Below are positions 38,220 to 49,555 of a DNA stretch of 64,000 nucleotides, piece after piece (the first letter of the stretch is position 1; each line of letters begins with the position of its first letter). The stretch lies in the NCBI GenBank assembly GCA_003427395.1, contig BFEA01000021.1, positions 2,424,510 to 2,488,509 of the forward strand, read 5' to 3'. The DNA is from Chara braunii. Taxonomy: Eukaryota; Plantae; Charophyceae. The position numbers and the translations under genes are program-made. Below the pieces are notes generated by a model that worked only from the letters and a program-made list of their open reading frames with translations, was not told the DNA's origin and did not search any database.

Positions 38220-39707
38220 AGTTGGTTCCTGTGTTAACTTTGGGTTTACCACACCTGAAACAGGCTGAGAGGGGAGGAAGGGTCGCAGGACCAAGATGGG
38301 AAGGTCCATACCGTGCAACTAGACACCACGGACACGACACTCCGGCACTAGCGCCGCGCTGCGACAGGAAGGCAGGCCCGACCGGCCCTTGCAGCGACGG
38401 CAGGTTTGACCTAAGAGCGGCGCCGCCGGACAGCGACGGCCCCTGAGGTTTGACCGCTGGGTGGGGGAGTTGACTTCGGCCTGCTGAAAGGCGACGGCCA
38501 TAGCCGACAGAGGAAGCATCCCCCCACGGGCAGCCAGTGCAAGAAGGAAGACGAGTAGCGGAAACCGGCATCACCGACAGGGAAGAGCGAGAGTGTGGAG
38601 AGGAACGGAAGACCCGGGCACAGACATGTTGGCGGGCGACCTGGTGTATCGCGGAAGGAAAGAGGAAGGAGGCGTCTACCACCCGCTATACAACACTAGG
38701 AGGACAAGAGACACGTGTAGTAGGGCGAAAAGCAGCACGTGCAGGTCAATCACGGAAGGAAAAAGAAGGCGGCGACTACAGCCCGCTGTACAACACGGGG
38801 ACAAGGGACAACGGGGGTAGTGGGGAGAGAAGCAGTATGTGCAAGAGGAAGCGGGTGGGGGGCAGGTGGGTGGAGGGCGGACACCCGGGGTCAATGTGGT
38901 GATACGGCCAGCGAGAGACTCGAAGTGGGGGCAACCCATCGGGGAGCAGGAAGGAGCAAGAACCCCAGGCCGGAGGGGCACCAGCCTGGGGGGTATTGCA
39001 TCCCTTCCTCGGGGACGCGCAGGCGTGAAGGTATGTACGCAGCCAACCCTGATCACTCCTCTCCCCTCCCTGATTCACTTCCCCGATCGCCATCCATGCA
39101 GAATTCACCGGTGGAAATATAACAGGACACATAGAATAGGATTTCTAATTCTGAAGGTGGGTTGTATGCGCCGCGGGCACGTGTATGCATGAGAAAGACG
39201 GCTGAAGATGGCGAGCATCTAAAGACGGTAGTAGCACGGGGATGGGCACCTACTCGAGGCAGTAAGCAACCCGATGCGCATGTGTATGACCATTATCCCG
39301 AGTTGATACACGTGCACGACAGCAATCGAGTGTGCAGGGCCCGATAGGGCTGATTACTCGTGACCTCAAGTAGATGTAATACAATCTACCTTCGAGCTCA
39401 TGACTTTCCTTTTTTTTTTTTTTTTTTTTTATGGTGGGCCAAGATGGGCAGCTCCTACCAGACCCCGGGACCAGGCCTGCGGGAACGCACCGAAGGAAGA
39501 AAAGGAACATGCGGCTTGACTCGATGATCTTCTACAAGGGAGCCATGCGTCAGATCATGGCCTCTCATTTGCGAGCAGCCTCTAAACGGGGAGTCCCTAA
39601 AAAATAAGTGGTTAACTCGGGGGCGGAACGCTTACCCCCCCCCCGAGCCCTCGACGGTACACCCTGGACAGCTGGGACAAGGCCAACCGGCTCCCCTGGC
39701 CGGACAG

Positions 39708-42700
39708 ATGGCGCTAGCACAATGGACCGAGCAGGAGAATCACCAGGGGGAACACCCCCACACCAATATGGTAGGGGCGGTTCATCCGCTGGCCCCACCC
39801 CCCGGTCACATAGACCAGAGCACAATTGGCCTTGGTCGAAACCAATCAACACCAACCATGCAAAAAGGGACAAGTGTCACGGAGGAGGGACAACTGGGAG
39901 ATGGTACCAGTGCAAATGTCAAGGAAACGCCACGACAGGGGTCTTGGGCAGAGATGACAAAGAAATCTCAGGCGTCTCCCGGGCAAGGAAGGGCAGGAGA
40001 GTTACAGGCCCCTGAGTCAGGTGGCAGGGAAGCATCCCAGTCAGGATCCTGGGCAGAAATAGTAAAGAAGCCGTTCCGGGGCAAAACCGTCGTGATTCCA
40101 AGGGGGATTGGCACAGTTGGTGACCCCAATCAGCATATCCCCCTGGATAACGTGGCCTCGGCGCGGGCCTTCTTCTTAACCAAATTCTTATGTGCATCTG
40201 ACTCCAAGGTGGTGGAACAAGGGGGAAAGAAAGTGCTGGTGAAAACCTTCCCGACAGAGAAGTTGGAAAATAGGGATGGGTCTATCAGAAACACGCAAGC
40301 AATTGGGTGTTCTTTGATGACGCAGCATCCAAATCAACGAATGATAAAATAAGGTGGATAAGACTACGTCTCGAAACACTAGAACGTGATGCAGAGGCGG
40401 CTAGAGACTCCTTTCTCATTCAACCCCTCTCCCCCACCACCTTCACGGTTCTGTCTATGTATGAAAAGGACGAACAAGTTATGGATGGATGGAAAAGCAT
40501 AAGATGTGGTCGGAAGTGAGAATCTATCTGTGGTCTCCCCCAAAACAGCTAGGACCAGAGGAGCGGAGGGCGCAAATGATGGCACGACATTTTTGGGTTG
40601 AATTTCGTCATATCCTGGTCGAAATTCAAGCCACCTTCTTACAAGATCTGGGACAACGCTATAAGATTCTCGACTTCATCGATCCCCTCCCCTCCTTTGT
40701 GGCACAACGGGACGACTATCTCATGTTGGCCCTGGATGTCCCCACAAACCCCCCGTTTGCCATTGATGATGTCATTCTGTACAGAATCAGAGAGAAAGAG
40801 TACAAAATCCATACCGCTCACAAGTTACGGTCATGGTGTTTTAAATGCAAGAGCTATGGCAACTTGTGTACTGATGATCCTTGCCTGGTTCACCCCGCTC
40901 GAATGGCCAGCACCACGGGACGGCTGCAACGGGACCCTTTCAGAACCACCCGATGGCACCCGGTGGATCCGGGCCATGAGGGGTGGACTTACGTGGAAGA
41001 GCCCAGAGGGGTGGGTCACTCAAGGGCTGGGAGTGGGAAGGCACCGGGGAACCAAACTGGGATACCCGACCTCCGGATGCATGGGCCCCACCGAAACCCT
41101 TGGAAGTAAGAATGAACGAAGGGGGCCAAGGGACGGGGCAGGAGCAACAGAGCCCACAAACCACACTACCTAAGAAGGGAGACCGGGGGAAGGAGGCGGA
41201 ATGGACCACAGTGCAACCTAAGAGAAAGCGAGTTACTCTGCAACCGGGCAATGGAGGGGCGTCCTTCGAAAAGCAGAGGAGNNNNNNNNNNNNNNNNNNN
41301 NNNNNNNNNNNNNNNNNNNNNNNNNNNNNNNNNNNNNNNNNAAGGAGGCGGAATGGACCACAGTGCAACCTAAGAGAAAGCGAGTTACTCTGCAACCGGG
41401 CAATGGAGGGGCGTCCTTCGAAAAGCAGAGGAGGCAGTTGGTGGCCCGGAGATGGCAAGATAAAAATCCAAAGAAGGGGCCCTCACTGGATGAGGCCCGG
41501 AAGGGAAAGGATGGGACTGACAAGCAAATAAAGAAAACCAAGGACAAAAGGGAGGAAACACAACCGCCTCCTTTGGGTCGGCAGGAGGACAGCACACAGG
41601 CCCAGGGGAAGCCCTCGGTCGAACCATCTACATCGCAGAGCACAGACCCTTTTGTGAACGCCTTCGGCCCCTGCCCCATGGAGGTGGAAAAAGAAGTCAA
41701 AAACCGGCAAGGATCCCCCTCCCCCCCCGGATGTGGTAATGACAGACGCTGCAAAGTCCCAGACCTCTGAGCCGGCCCCACTGCATATTAAAGTCGAATC
41801 CTTGCCAGATTGGCTGATGCAGAGGCTGCAGATCCAGTACACCGGCCTCCCCACAGACTTCTAGGACAGCACGTATCGTGAGCTTGTACCGATGTTAGAA
41901 GGGAGTGACAGTTTGCGCTCAGCTTTAGAAAATGGTCCACCACAGGGCCATCAGTGGCCGGAAAGTCTGCAGAAAGTGTATTATGTTGTAAACAAGCGAT
42001 TCTGACCGCCAGCCCCGCCCATTGTTAAACAACATTTGTCCCAGGACATGGTGCCGCTGACCCAACAACGAGATACCCCTCAAGAGGAGGTAGGCCTGGA
42101 CGCACACATGTTCCACCATCCGGAGACACAAAACCTCAAGAACCCCCTCTGACCACGCAGGGCGACTGGGGAGGAAATGAGGGCACTGACCTGTTGTCCC
42201 TAGATCCCCGGACGTCTGGGAAACCACTAGAGGCACGACGCAGGATGATGGGGACCCATGTGGGACTGTAGATGGCTTCAGGGCCAACCGCAAGGAGGGA
42301 GAGCAGGACCCGGACCCGGAGGAAGAGCCCCGCCCCAACAATCAAGGGACAAGCGCAGTAAACTGAGACACGAGCTAGAACAGGGGAGATACCAGGAAGT
42401 CCCTGCTCTGAACGGGGTTCTGATGTTACCGCTCCGGACGAAGAAGGGAAGATGGGAAGTGGGCTTAACTGTACCTCCGGCCCAGGAAAAATATGGGGGG
42501 GGTAACTTTGACGGGCTCATACCCCCTTATTGCCAGCCTGCCTGCACATATGAAAGATAAATTGCTAGCGGAAGAAATCAGTATCCACATCCAGAAAACA
42601 TTCGTACCAGGAGTGCAAGGAAAGTTGTTGTGCACCAACACAACAAGGGCCCAGTGGGAAGTATTGTTGTTAATGGATCTTGCTCGGGAGGCAGGCCTCA

Positions 42701-42852
42701 GATGGTTCTCACACACAACTCTCCTAGACATGCAACTTCTAAAAGTGAAATCTAACAATGCATGGGCCGAGGAGGAAGTCCAAGCCTGTCTATGTCGAAT
42801 TCTCAAGAGCCCTCTGCTCACAGACCTTACAGACCTTGACTCGGTGACTTAG
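39708..42852 (+). pseudogene. LINE-B ORF1, frameshifted
   Basis: PLDNVASARAFFL, FWVEFRHI, WCFKCKSYG knuckle and a C-terminal LPLRTKKGRWE...EAGLRWF. Homologous to LINE-A ORF1. The start is uncertain. Confidence 0.8.
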
Positions 42853-42901
42853 CAGAGACTGTAGAGAATCGAGAGGCATTGGGGAACCGGAAACTCTGCT
42901 G

Positions 42902-45900
42902 ATGGACCCAGTGAGACTGATCTACGAAAAAGACCCGGCCTGGAGCAAAGGCCTGCGGGAGGCAGACCTCGACCTATGCACATTTAATGTTAATGGTCTG
43001 GCAACGACCACACTAGACAAACGGCAGGCGATATGGGAACAACTCAGAGGCATGGCTGGGAAAACATGGGCGGATGTCGTCTGCATTCAAGAGACCCACC
43101 TTCTCGACACCCCGGACCATCACCGTGCCCACCACCTGATATGGCCATACCAGGCCTTCAGGGCCCATGCCCCAAGGCCAAGTAGCGCCCGGGTGGCGAT
43201 CTGGTTCCCACCATCCTCCCGTGCAACACCGGAGCATTGGGTAGTAGACAAGGAGGAAGGGAGGTGGGTTTCGGTTTTGGTAATGTTAGAGGTGGAACTG
43301 CTTTGCATTATCTGCGTATATGCTCCAAATACGGAAGGGGAGAGACGGACTTTCTTTGAGGGTATTCGCCAGCAGATCCCTGCAGGCCTCCCGGTGATCA
43401 TTGCAGGAGACGTTCATGTCGCCCCGGACCGCTGGTTAGACAGGTGGAGAATTCCCTTCCCTCCCCCGACATACATAATAACAGACGCAGCAATCATACA
43501 AGAGTTGTGCTCTGGCCTTCGTGTATTCGATACTTTCAGAAGAGCCTTCCCGCGGGAAAGAGGTTCTCTTGCTTTAGGAATACGTGTGCGGAGACCTGTT
43601 CCAGGTCACGGATTGACCTCATCCTTATGTCAAGATCTGGAAGGTGCAAAGCAATTTGCATATTTACTTCCCCGCAGCCCATATAGGGGATTCGACCACA
43701 CGATTGGTGGAGTAACACTCACCTTCAGGAAGCAGCCCGATCATGGGCCAAACTTTTTCAAACTTAACACTGCGTTGTTTCACCAACAAGACTTCCCGAG
43801 CCTAATGCGGGACATGTGGAAATGTTGGCGTCAACAAAAACAACTAATTGATTCTTAGATCGTATAGTTCAATAATGGCCTCTTCTTTATGGGTCGTAAA
43901 TGTAAAGAATATGCTAAAAAAATGGCTAATAAAAAATTCCAAGAAGAAATGGAAGTTCAATATCGTATTCAAGACCTACAGCAAAAGCCTCCTGGCCCGG
44001 AACTACAAAATCTTAACCGCAAGCTCTTAGAATTCGCTACTTACAGATGGCGGGGCATAAGAATCAGAGGCAAGATATATAAGCACAACACGAAAGGGGC
44101 TATGGATTCAGTTTTTTCCACTATGGCCAAAGCCAAAACAAGAAGACAATCAATCGAGGCATTCTTGGACCCCGTTGACCCAAACCGGCCCCTAGCCACC
44201 TCTACACCACAATGCATGAGGATGGCTAGGGATTTTTACAAGGATCTTTTCACATCCCGTACTAAGGACATACCAATAGAACAGCACCCAGAAATCGACG
44301 CCTTCCATACCCCGCTCACTAAGACTATGACCCCCCAACTGAGAGAGGCGTTGGAACGACCAATGACTAGAAACGAGATATGGACCGCCTTACTCCAGAT
44401 GGACGAAGAGAAGACCCCTAGTGTGGATGGCATCCCAAAAGAATTATGGGTTGTCTGTTGGGATTGGTTGACAGATGACCTTATGAGCTTTTATGAAAAG
44501 GTGTGGGAAGAGGGGGTGATGGGGGAGATGGTGGGGCAAGGGGTGCTCACATTGCTATATAAAAAAAAGGGACAAAATGAACATACGAAACTATAGGCCT
44601 ATTACGCTGTTAACCGTCGTTTACAAAATGCTATCCAAAGCACTGGCCAACCGGATGGCCCCGGCACTGGAGCAGATAATACATCCTTCACAAAGCAGCT
44701 TTATCAAGGGTCATCGCATCCACGATAACATCCTATTAGTGAACGAACCGTTGCGCCTCTCTCGCCAGTCCAAGTGCAATGCCACCTTTATCTTTACAAA
44801 TTTCGAAAAGGCGTACAACCATGTTGACTGGCATTTTCTAGACAAGTGTTTAGCTAAAACGAATTTTTGGGAAGACTTCATACAATGGGTCCTCATTCTC
44901 CATATCAACGCCACCACCAAAGTGCAAATCAATGGGCACCTAGCCCCTGACTTTCCCCTGCAACGTTCGGTCAGACGGGGCGATCCCTTGGCCCCTTATC
45001 TTTTCTTGGTAGTCATGGAGGCATTGGCAACCAATTTGAGAGCCAACAAGGACATCCGTAGGATCCACGTGACCTCTATCTCGGAGGATGTAATGCAGGT
45101 ATGTTCCTTGTTTGTCGACGACCTGACCCGGATTATTGAGGCCTTCCATCGGAATACAAAAGAAATCGAGAGTCTGATGAACCGCTTTTGCACTCTTTCA
45201 GACATGTCGGTAAACTGGGGTAGTAAGACCCTAACGTGGTGGATGCACCACAATGGCAGCAGACCCCCGAAGCGACCCGGGGTCACCTGGCGCCCGCTGG
45301 AGGCCCCGATCCGGGTCCCGGGGATCCAACTGTCGGCTGCAGGCAAACCTGAGTGAAACGACAAATGGATAATGGACCCGACACTCCAAAAACTTGCTTC
45401 ATGGACAGACAAACACACCTCACTCTTTGGTAGGGCTCTCGTTATTAACAATGTGGCGTTTGCGTCTCTTTGGTATAAATCTGCTATTTGGCGTCTCTTT
45501 GGTATAAATCTGCTATTTGGCCCCTGTCCCGAGAAGCCTCAAGATCCTTGAGACAGCGGGTTGCAGCCTTCCTGTGGCGAGGGAACCACGAAACACAGAA
45601 CGTAATGAGCAGGGTCGCGTGGGAGGCGATTGTTCAACCCAAGTCCCATGGCGGCTTGGGGATTCTGGATCCGGACACCCGGACAACTGTCCTGGCCCTG
45701 CAATGGCTTGAAAGATTAATCTGCACACCTAACCTCTCATGGGAACCCCTAACGTTAGAGCAAATAGCACGACTAACCCTCAAATCCCGGCCTTCCACCC
45801 ATCCTCTTGTTTGGTTGGACGACGTGTTTTGGGCAGTCCCCAGATCCTCCCGTGGACCGGTTGCGCATTCAGACCGCGATGCAGCCCGTACATATCTTTA

Positions 45901-47293
45901 AAAAAACAACTTTTGGGCCCGCCTGATCCACGACTGGCGGCAGGTCCCCCTCCCGGACAGACCAGAGCCCAGTAGGTGGGAGGAGGTGCTCCGCCAACCT
46001 CTGTTTGGAAATCGTTGGATGACAGACTGTCAGGGGAGAGTCTTCACAAGTTCTGGAAGTCCGTGGAACTCTTGGGTCAGGCACGGTGTCCATAAAGTGG
46101 AACACATATGGGACAGTGCACTCAACGATTGGATATCAGAAGCCCAACTCAAAGTAAATTGCCACACTGCCACCGGATTGGGGAAAATCTTGCACAAGTA
46201 ATTTTCTCCCTCCCCTTAGCATGGGTGCAGATACTGTGACGCAACCCACGGTTTCTGGAGGGAGATTAGGTGGATATCGACGAGGATGAGGCTCGTGTCG
46301 GTCAAGTGTTGACTACTAGCCGAGAGGAAGCTCTGGTAAATCTGTTTTACAGAACCAGCCAGAACAGACTGATACGTGGGGTCCTGGATGAGGTGTTCTA
46401 GCTCCCGAAAGCAGCTATTCACAGGGTGAGAGTGTTGAAGGAAGGGGACTACTGGGTTGTCTTCAGGCCCGAACTGTCTACTCAGAAACTCCCCATCGAC
46501 CCGGATGAATGGAGGTGGCGGATCCCGTCGCGGGACCCACAACCCCCAATACCGGTACCTTCACAGCATGGGGGTGAAGGCCACTTACAGGCTACTAAGA
46601 TCTCGAATTAACCTGAAAGATCAAATCGTGGACCGATGGGCGAGGCACCTGAATGTATCTTTGGAGACGCTGAGACCAATCCAATGGTTTAAGGAGTCTA
46701 AGTGTAAACCCACTAAACTAGCCTTGCTACAATGGCAAATTGCCCACCACTGCCTCCCCACAAACGCATGGTTCATCAACCACTCTAGTCTGGAGCAAAA
46801 AGGCACGACCCTCCCATGGTGCGCAGCTTGCCTGGAGGGTTTTCCATCCCACAAGGCAAATGAAACCATTGAACATCTTTTCTTGCAATGTCCATCCTCA
46901 ACGCTTGTCTGGCGATGGTGGGCAAGAATCTGGGCCGCCCTCGGAACAGGCACTGACTGGCCATGGGAGTGGAGAGCCCTGCTTTGTGGACATTGGACGG
47001 CCCAAGGTTCAACTTTCACTTCTAACCTGTTCTCGATTGGTAGGAAAACGGTCTTGTGGGCCATCCGGAGGCGTCGTTGCATATTGACCATTGAAGGTGC
47101 ACACATGGGGAGGGGCGAGATGACTAAGATAATCAAGGACACAATTGAGACAACAATCAGGGCTCGATGGACACGTCTGATACAGCTGACAAAGCCCCTC
47201 TCCAAAAAAAGTGACATCATCCGCTACCTAAATGAATTCTGCATGGACTGGCTGGGAGGGGAACATGGGGGGAGGATAGCAGGGGTACAATAG
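42902..47293 (+). pseudogene. LINE-B ORF2 (APE-RT-Zn finger), disrupted
   Basis: TFNVNGL, VCIQETH, IAGD, NYRPITLL, FEKAY, VRRGDPLAP, LFVDD and CAAC...ETIEHLFLQC. Confidence 0.93.
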
Positions 47294-48839
47294 GATGGCT
47301 GGCAACTAGATGACAATCATCGATTGGAAGCCAGGGCAAAGAATTATCGACTCTGTTTCAATGATTGGACCATGATCCCTGACGAGATTCCCCTCCCCCC
47401 TCCCCCCCCCAACAGATTTCCCAGACCCTTTCCCCCTCCCTAATCACACATTGATGAAATTAAGCTGGTACCGCAGGGAGAAGGGAATAGAGGGAATAGA
47501 GATGGCCCGCTAAACCTGGACAGGGGAGGAGTTCGTTAGCTGGGCAGCGGAAATGGGGGGCCCTCATCCGGTTGCCCCCTGGATGAAGGAGCCCCATCCT
47601 CATCATTCCAACTGCCACCTACCAACCCCCCCTCTGTGCCTGCTTGAGCAGGGCCCCGAAAAGATATAGGCAAAGGTCAATAAGTCATTGTACATCCCAT
47701 AACCTGTGCAGTCAATCCCTTGGAATCCAGGGCAAACAATGCTGACAGGTTCCAGACTCATTCTCCTCCAACAAATTCGGGTTACCTGATGTTAATGGGA
47801 TGCTGGACCCGGTTTCCAGCAGGTGAAGCTCCCCACCAATAGATGGAGCCTCCCCTAGAGTGATAGAGGCGTCTGCTCCTACCAGCACCACTATCACCCA
47901 TGAGGGAAGTTTGCTCAAAAAAAAAACAAAAACAAAAAAAAAACTTTGGGTTTATCCTGCAAAAAAAATATGTATATATTATTTATTTATTTATTTTAAT
48001 CCTTCAAAAAATGGATGTCTCCTTGGGTGAAACAAAATGGTGTAAAGAAAAAGAAAGTGTAAAAAGCTTCGCGTCATCTTGATCACGTCGGATTAGCACC
48101 TACAAACCATCCTTGTTGAGGATAGTACACCTACAATCCCGATCCCGTCGGACGACAACGTGAAAATTCCACGGATGTACACCCAGCATGACCCCCCATC
48201 GATAATTTTGCACCCCCCTTACCCTCAATACTGCAGGGCTAGGCTCACGACCACGCGTCATTATTAAAAAAAAAAAAAAAAACTAGGGAAAAAAAGACAA
48301 CATAAATTTATTTATAATAAAAAAGAATTGGGGAAAAACTAAATGCATTTAAAATAGAGTAAAAAATGTGCGCAAGCTACAACCTAGCTCGAACAGGCTA
48401 TTCTCTGTCGTCTGAAGGGCTCGCAAGACGCTCGTCTTTCGTCCAGATCGAGACACGTGGCAATATCCACGTGACACCCACGTGTCCCGTCGATGACACC
48501 CACATGACATCTGCGGGCCGATTTCCAAAAGCCGCGCGTGTCATCAACAAAGACCACATGGGTATACGTGACACCCACGTCGTATGTCAGCTATGGACAA
48601 CCAGGTGGTGCTAACACATACTCGCCGCCCCAATCTGCAATCATGAAACACAACACCAAGCCAGCCGACAGTGGAGACGAAAAATGGAGAAAGAAGAAGA
48701 AGGGAAAGAAGGAGAAAAAGAAGAAGAAGAAGAGGGAGAAGAGGGAGAAGAGGGAGAAGACGCCAGAGTTTTGAAACACAACTTGATTAGGATAATCTTG
48801 AAGCACAAAAACGGAAGACGGGCTCCCGTTAGGCGGAAG

Positions 48840-48888
48840 TGACCCGACCGGTTTCGCCTGGTCACCTGCCAGGACTCATCAGGGGTCA
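48840..48888 (-). ncRNA. Minimal type I hammerhead ribozyme (Penelope-like/dimeric architecture)
   Basis: Minus strand: UGACCC-CUGAUGA-G(u)CCUGG-caggUga-CCAGGC-GAA-ACCGGU-C|GGGUCA. Stem I is 6 bp, stem II has one bulge, and stem III is the palindrome ACCGGU. The GUC cleavage site lies between 48846 and 48845. Confidence 0.8.
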
Positions 48889-48909
48889 TTAAGTCGTCTT
48901 GATGAACTG

Positions 48910-49038
48910 TTTTTTTTTTTTTTTTTTTTAACAATTTGGACCATTTCTCGATTTATGCGTGTCATCCTTGAAAGCGCAGGGGCCATGTTAATCCTCATTC
49001 TCTGTATCGTTCCAATTTTAACGGATGTCCCGAAGGAC
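48910..49038 (-). mobile_element. U6-derived SINE-like retrocopy 1
   Basis: GTCCTTCGGGACATCCG...ACAGAGAA[TGAG]GATTA...GCGC[TTTC]AAGG...GGTCCAAATTGTT followed by A20. Confidence 0.9.
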
Positions 49039-49067
49039 AGAACTCTGACCATCTACAGTATTAATAG

Positions 49068-49193
49068 TTTTTTTTTTTTTTTTTTACAATTTGGACCAAT
49101 TCTCGATTTATGCCTGTCATCCTTGAAAGCGCAGGGGCCATGCTAATCCTCTTTCTCTGTATCGTTCCAATTTTAACAGATGTCCCGAAGGAC
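49068..49193 (-). mobile_element. U6-derived SINE-like retrocopy 2
   Basis: Same body with insertions [AGAG] and [TTTC] and a poly(A) tail. Flanked by a 29-bp duplicated spacer (49039-49067 / 49194-49222). Confidence 0.9.
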
Positions 49194-49222
49194 AGAGCTT
49201 TGACGATCTACAGTATTAATAG

Positions 49223-49350
49223 TTTTTTTTGTTTTTTTTTTAACAATTTGGACCATTTCTCGATTTATGCATCACATCCTTGAAAGCGCAGGGGCCATGC
49301 TAATCTTCGTTCTCTGTATCGTTCCAATTTTAACGGATGTCCTGAAGGAC
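49223..49350 (-). mobile_element. U6-derived SINE-like retrocopy 3
   Basis: Insertions [CGAA] and [TTTC], a poly(A) tail, and TSD TACAGTATTAATAGTT on both sides. Confidence 0.9.
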
Positions 49351-49433
49351 TACAGTATTAATAGTTGGAAAAAACTTCAGCCGACTACGACACAAAGTTG
49401 ACCGACCCTTCGCATCGTCATCGTCAAGTCATA

Positions 49434-49555
49434 GGGTCTCGCTGCACTACTCTCCACATGCACAAAAGATAAAAAACATGGCGCTGTATCTTTCCATATT
49501 CTAGCGGAAGATTCTCTCTCATTTCGTGCATTTCGAGAGTAGTGCAAGGAGGCCC
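49434..49555. mobile_element. PIF/Harbinger-like MITE, 122 bp
   Basis: Homologous to 25807-25928, with TSD ATA. Confidence 0.8.

Larger units (their letters stand above)
38249..47941 (+). mobile_element. Full-length, decayed L1/Tx1-like LINE (LINE-B), about 9.7 kb, antisense in intron 1
   Basis: 13-bp TSD AACTTTGGGTTTA at 38236-38248 and 47942-47954, an A-rich tail at 47907-47941, and ORF1/ORF2 remnants. Confidence 0.93.

Noticed and set aside
47796-47850. LINE 3' motif as a pistol or twister ribozyme
   Set aside because: The pseudoknot and AAUA resemble pistol only superficially. P2/P3 and the catalytic consensus are absent.
48910-49366. Functional U6 gene cluster or CRISPR-like array
   Set aside because: The copies have poly(A) tails, TSDs and insertions in the catalytic core. 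The spacers are duplicates, not unique, and no cas genes are present.
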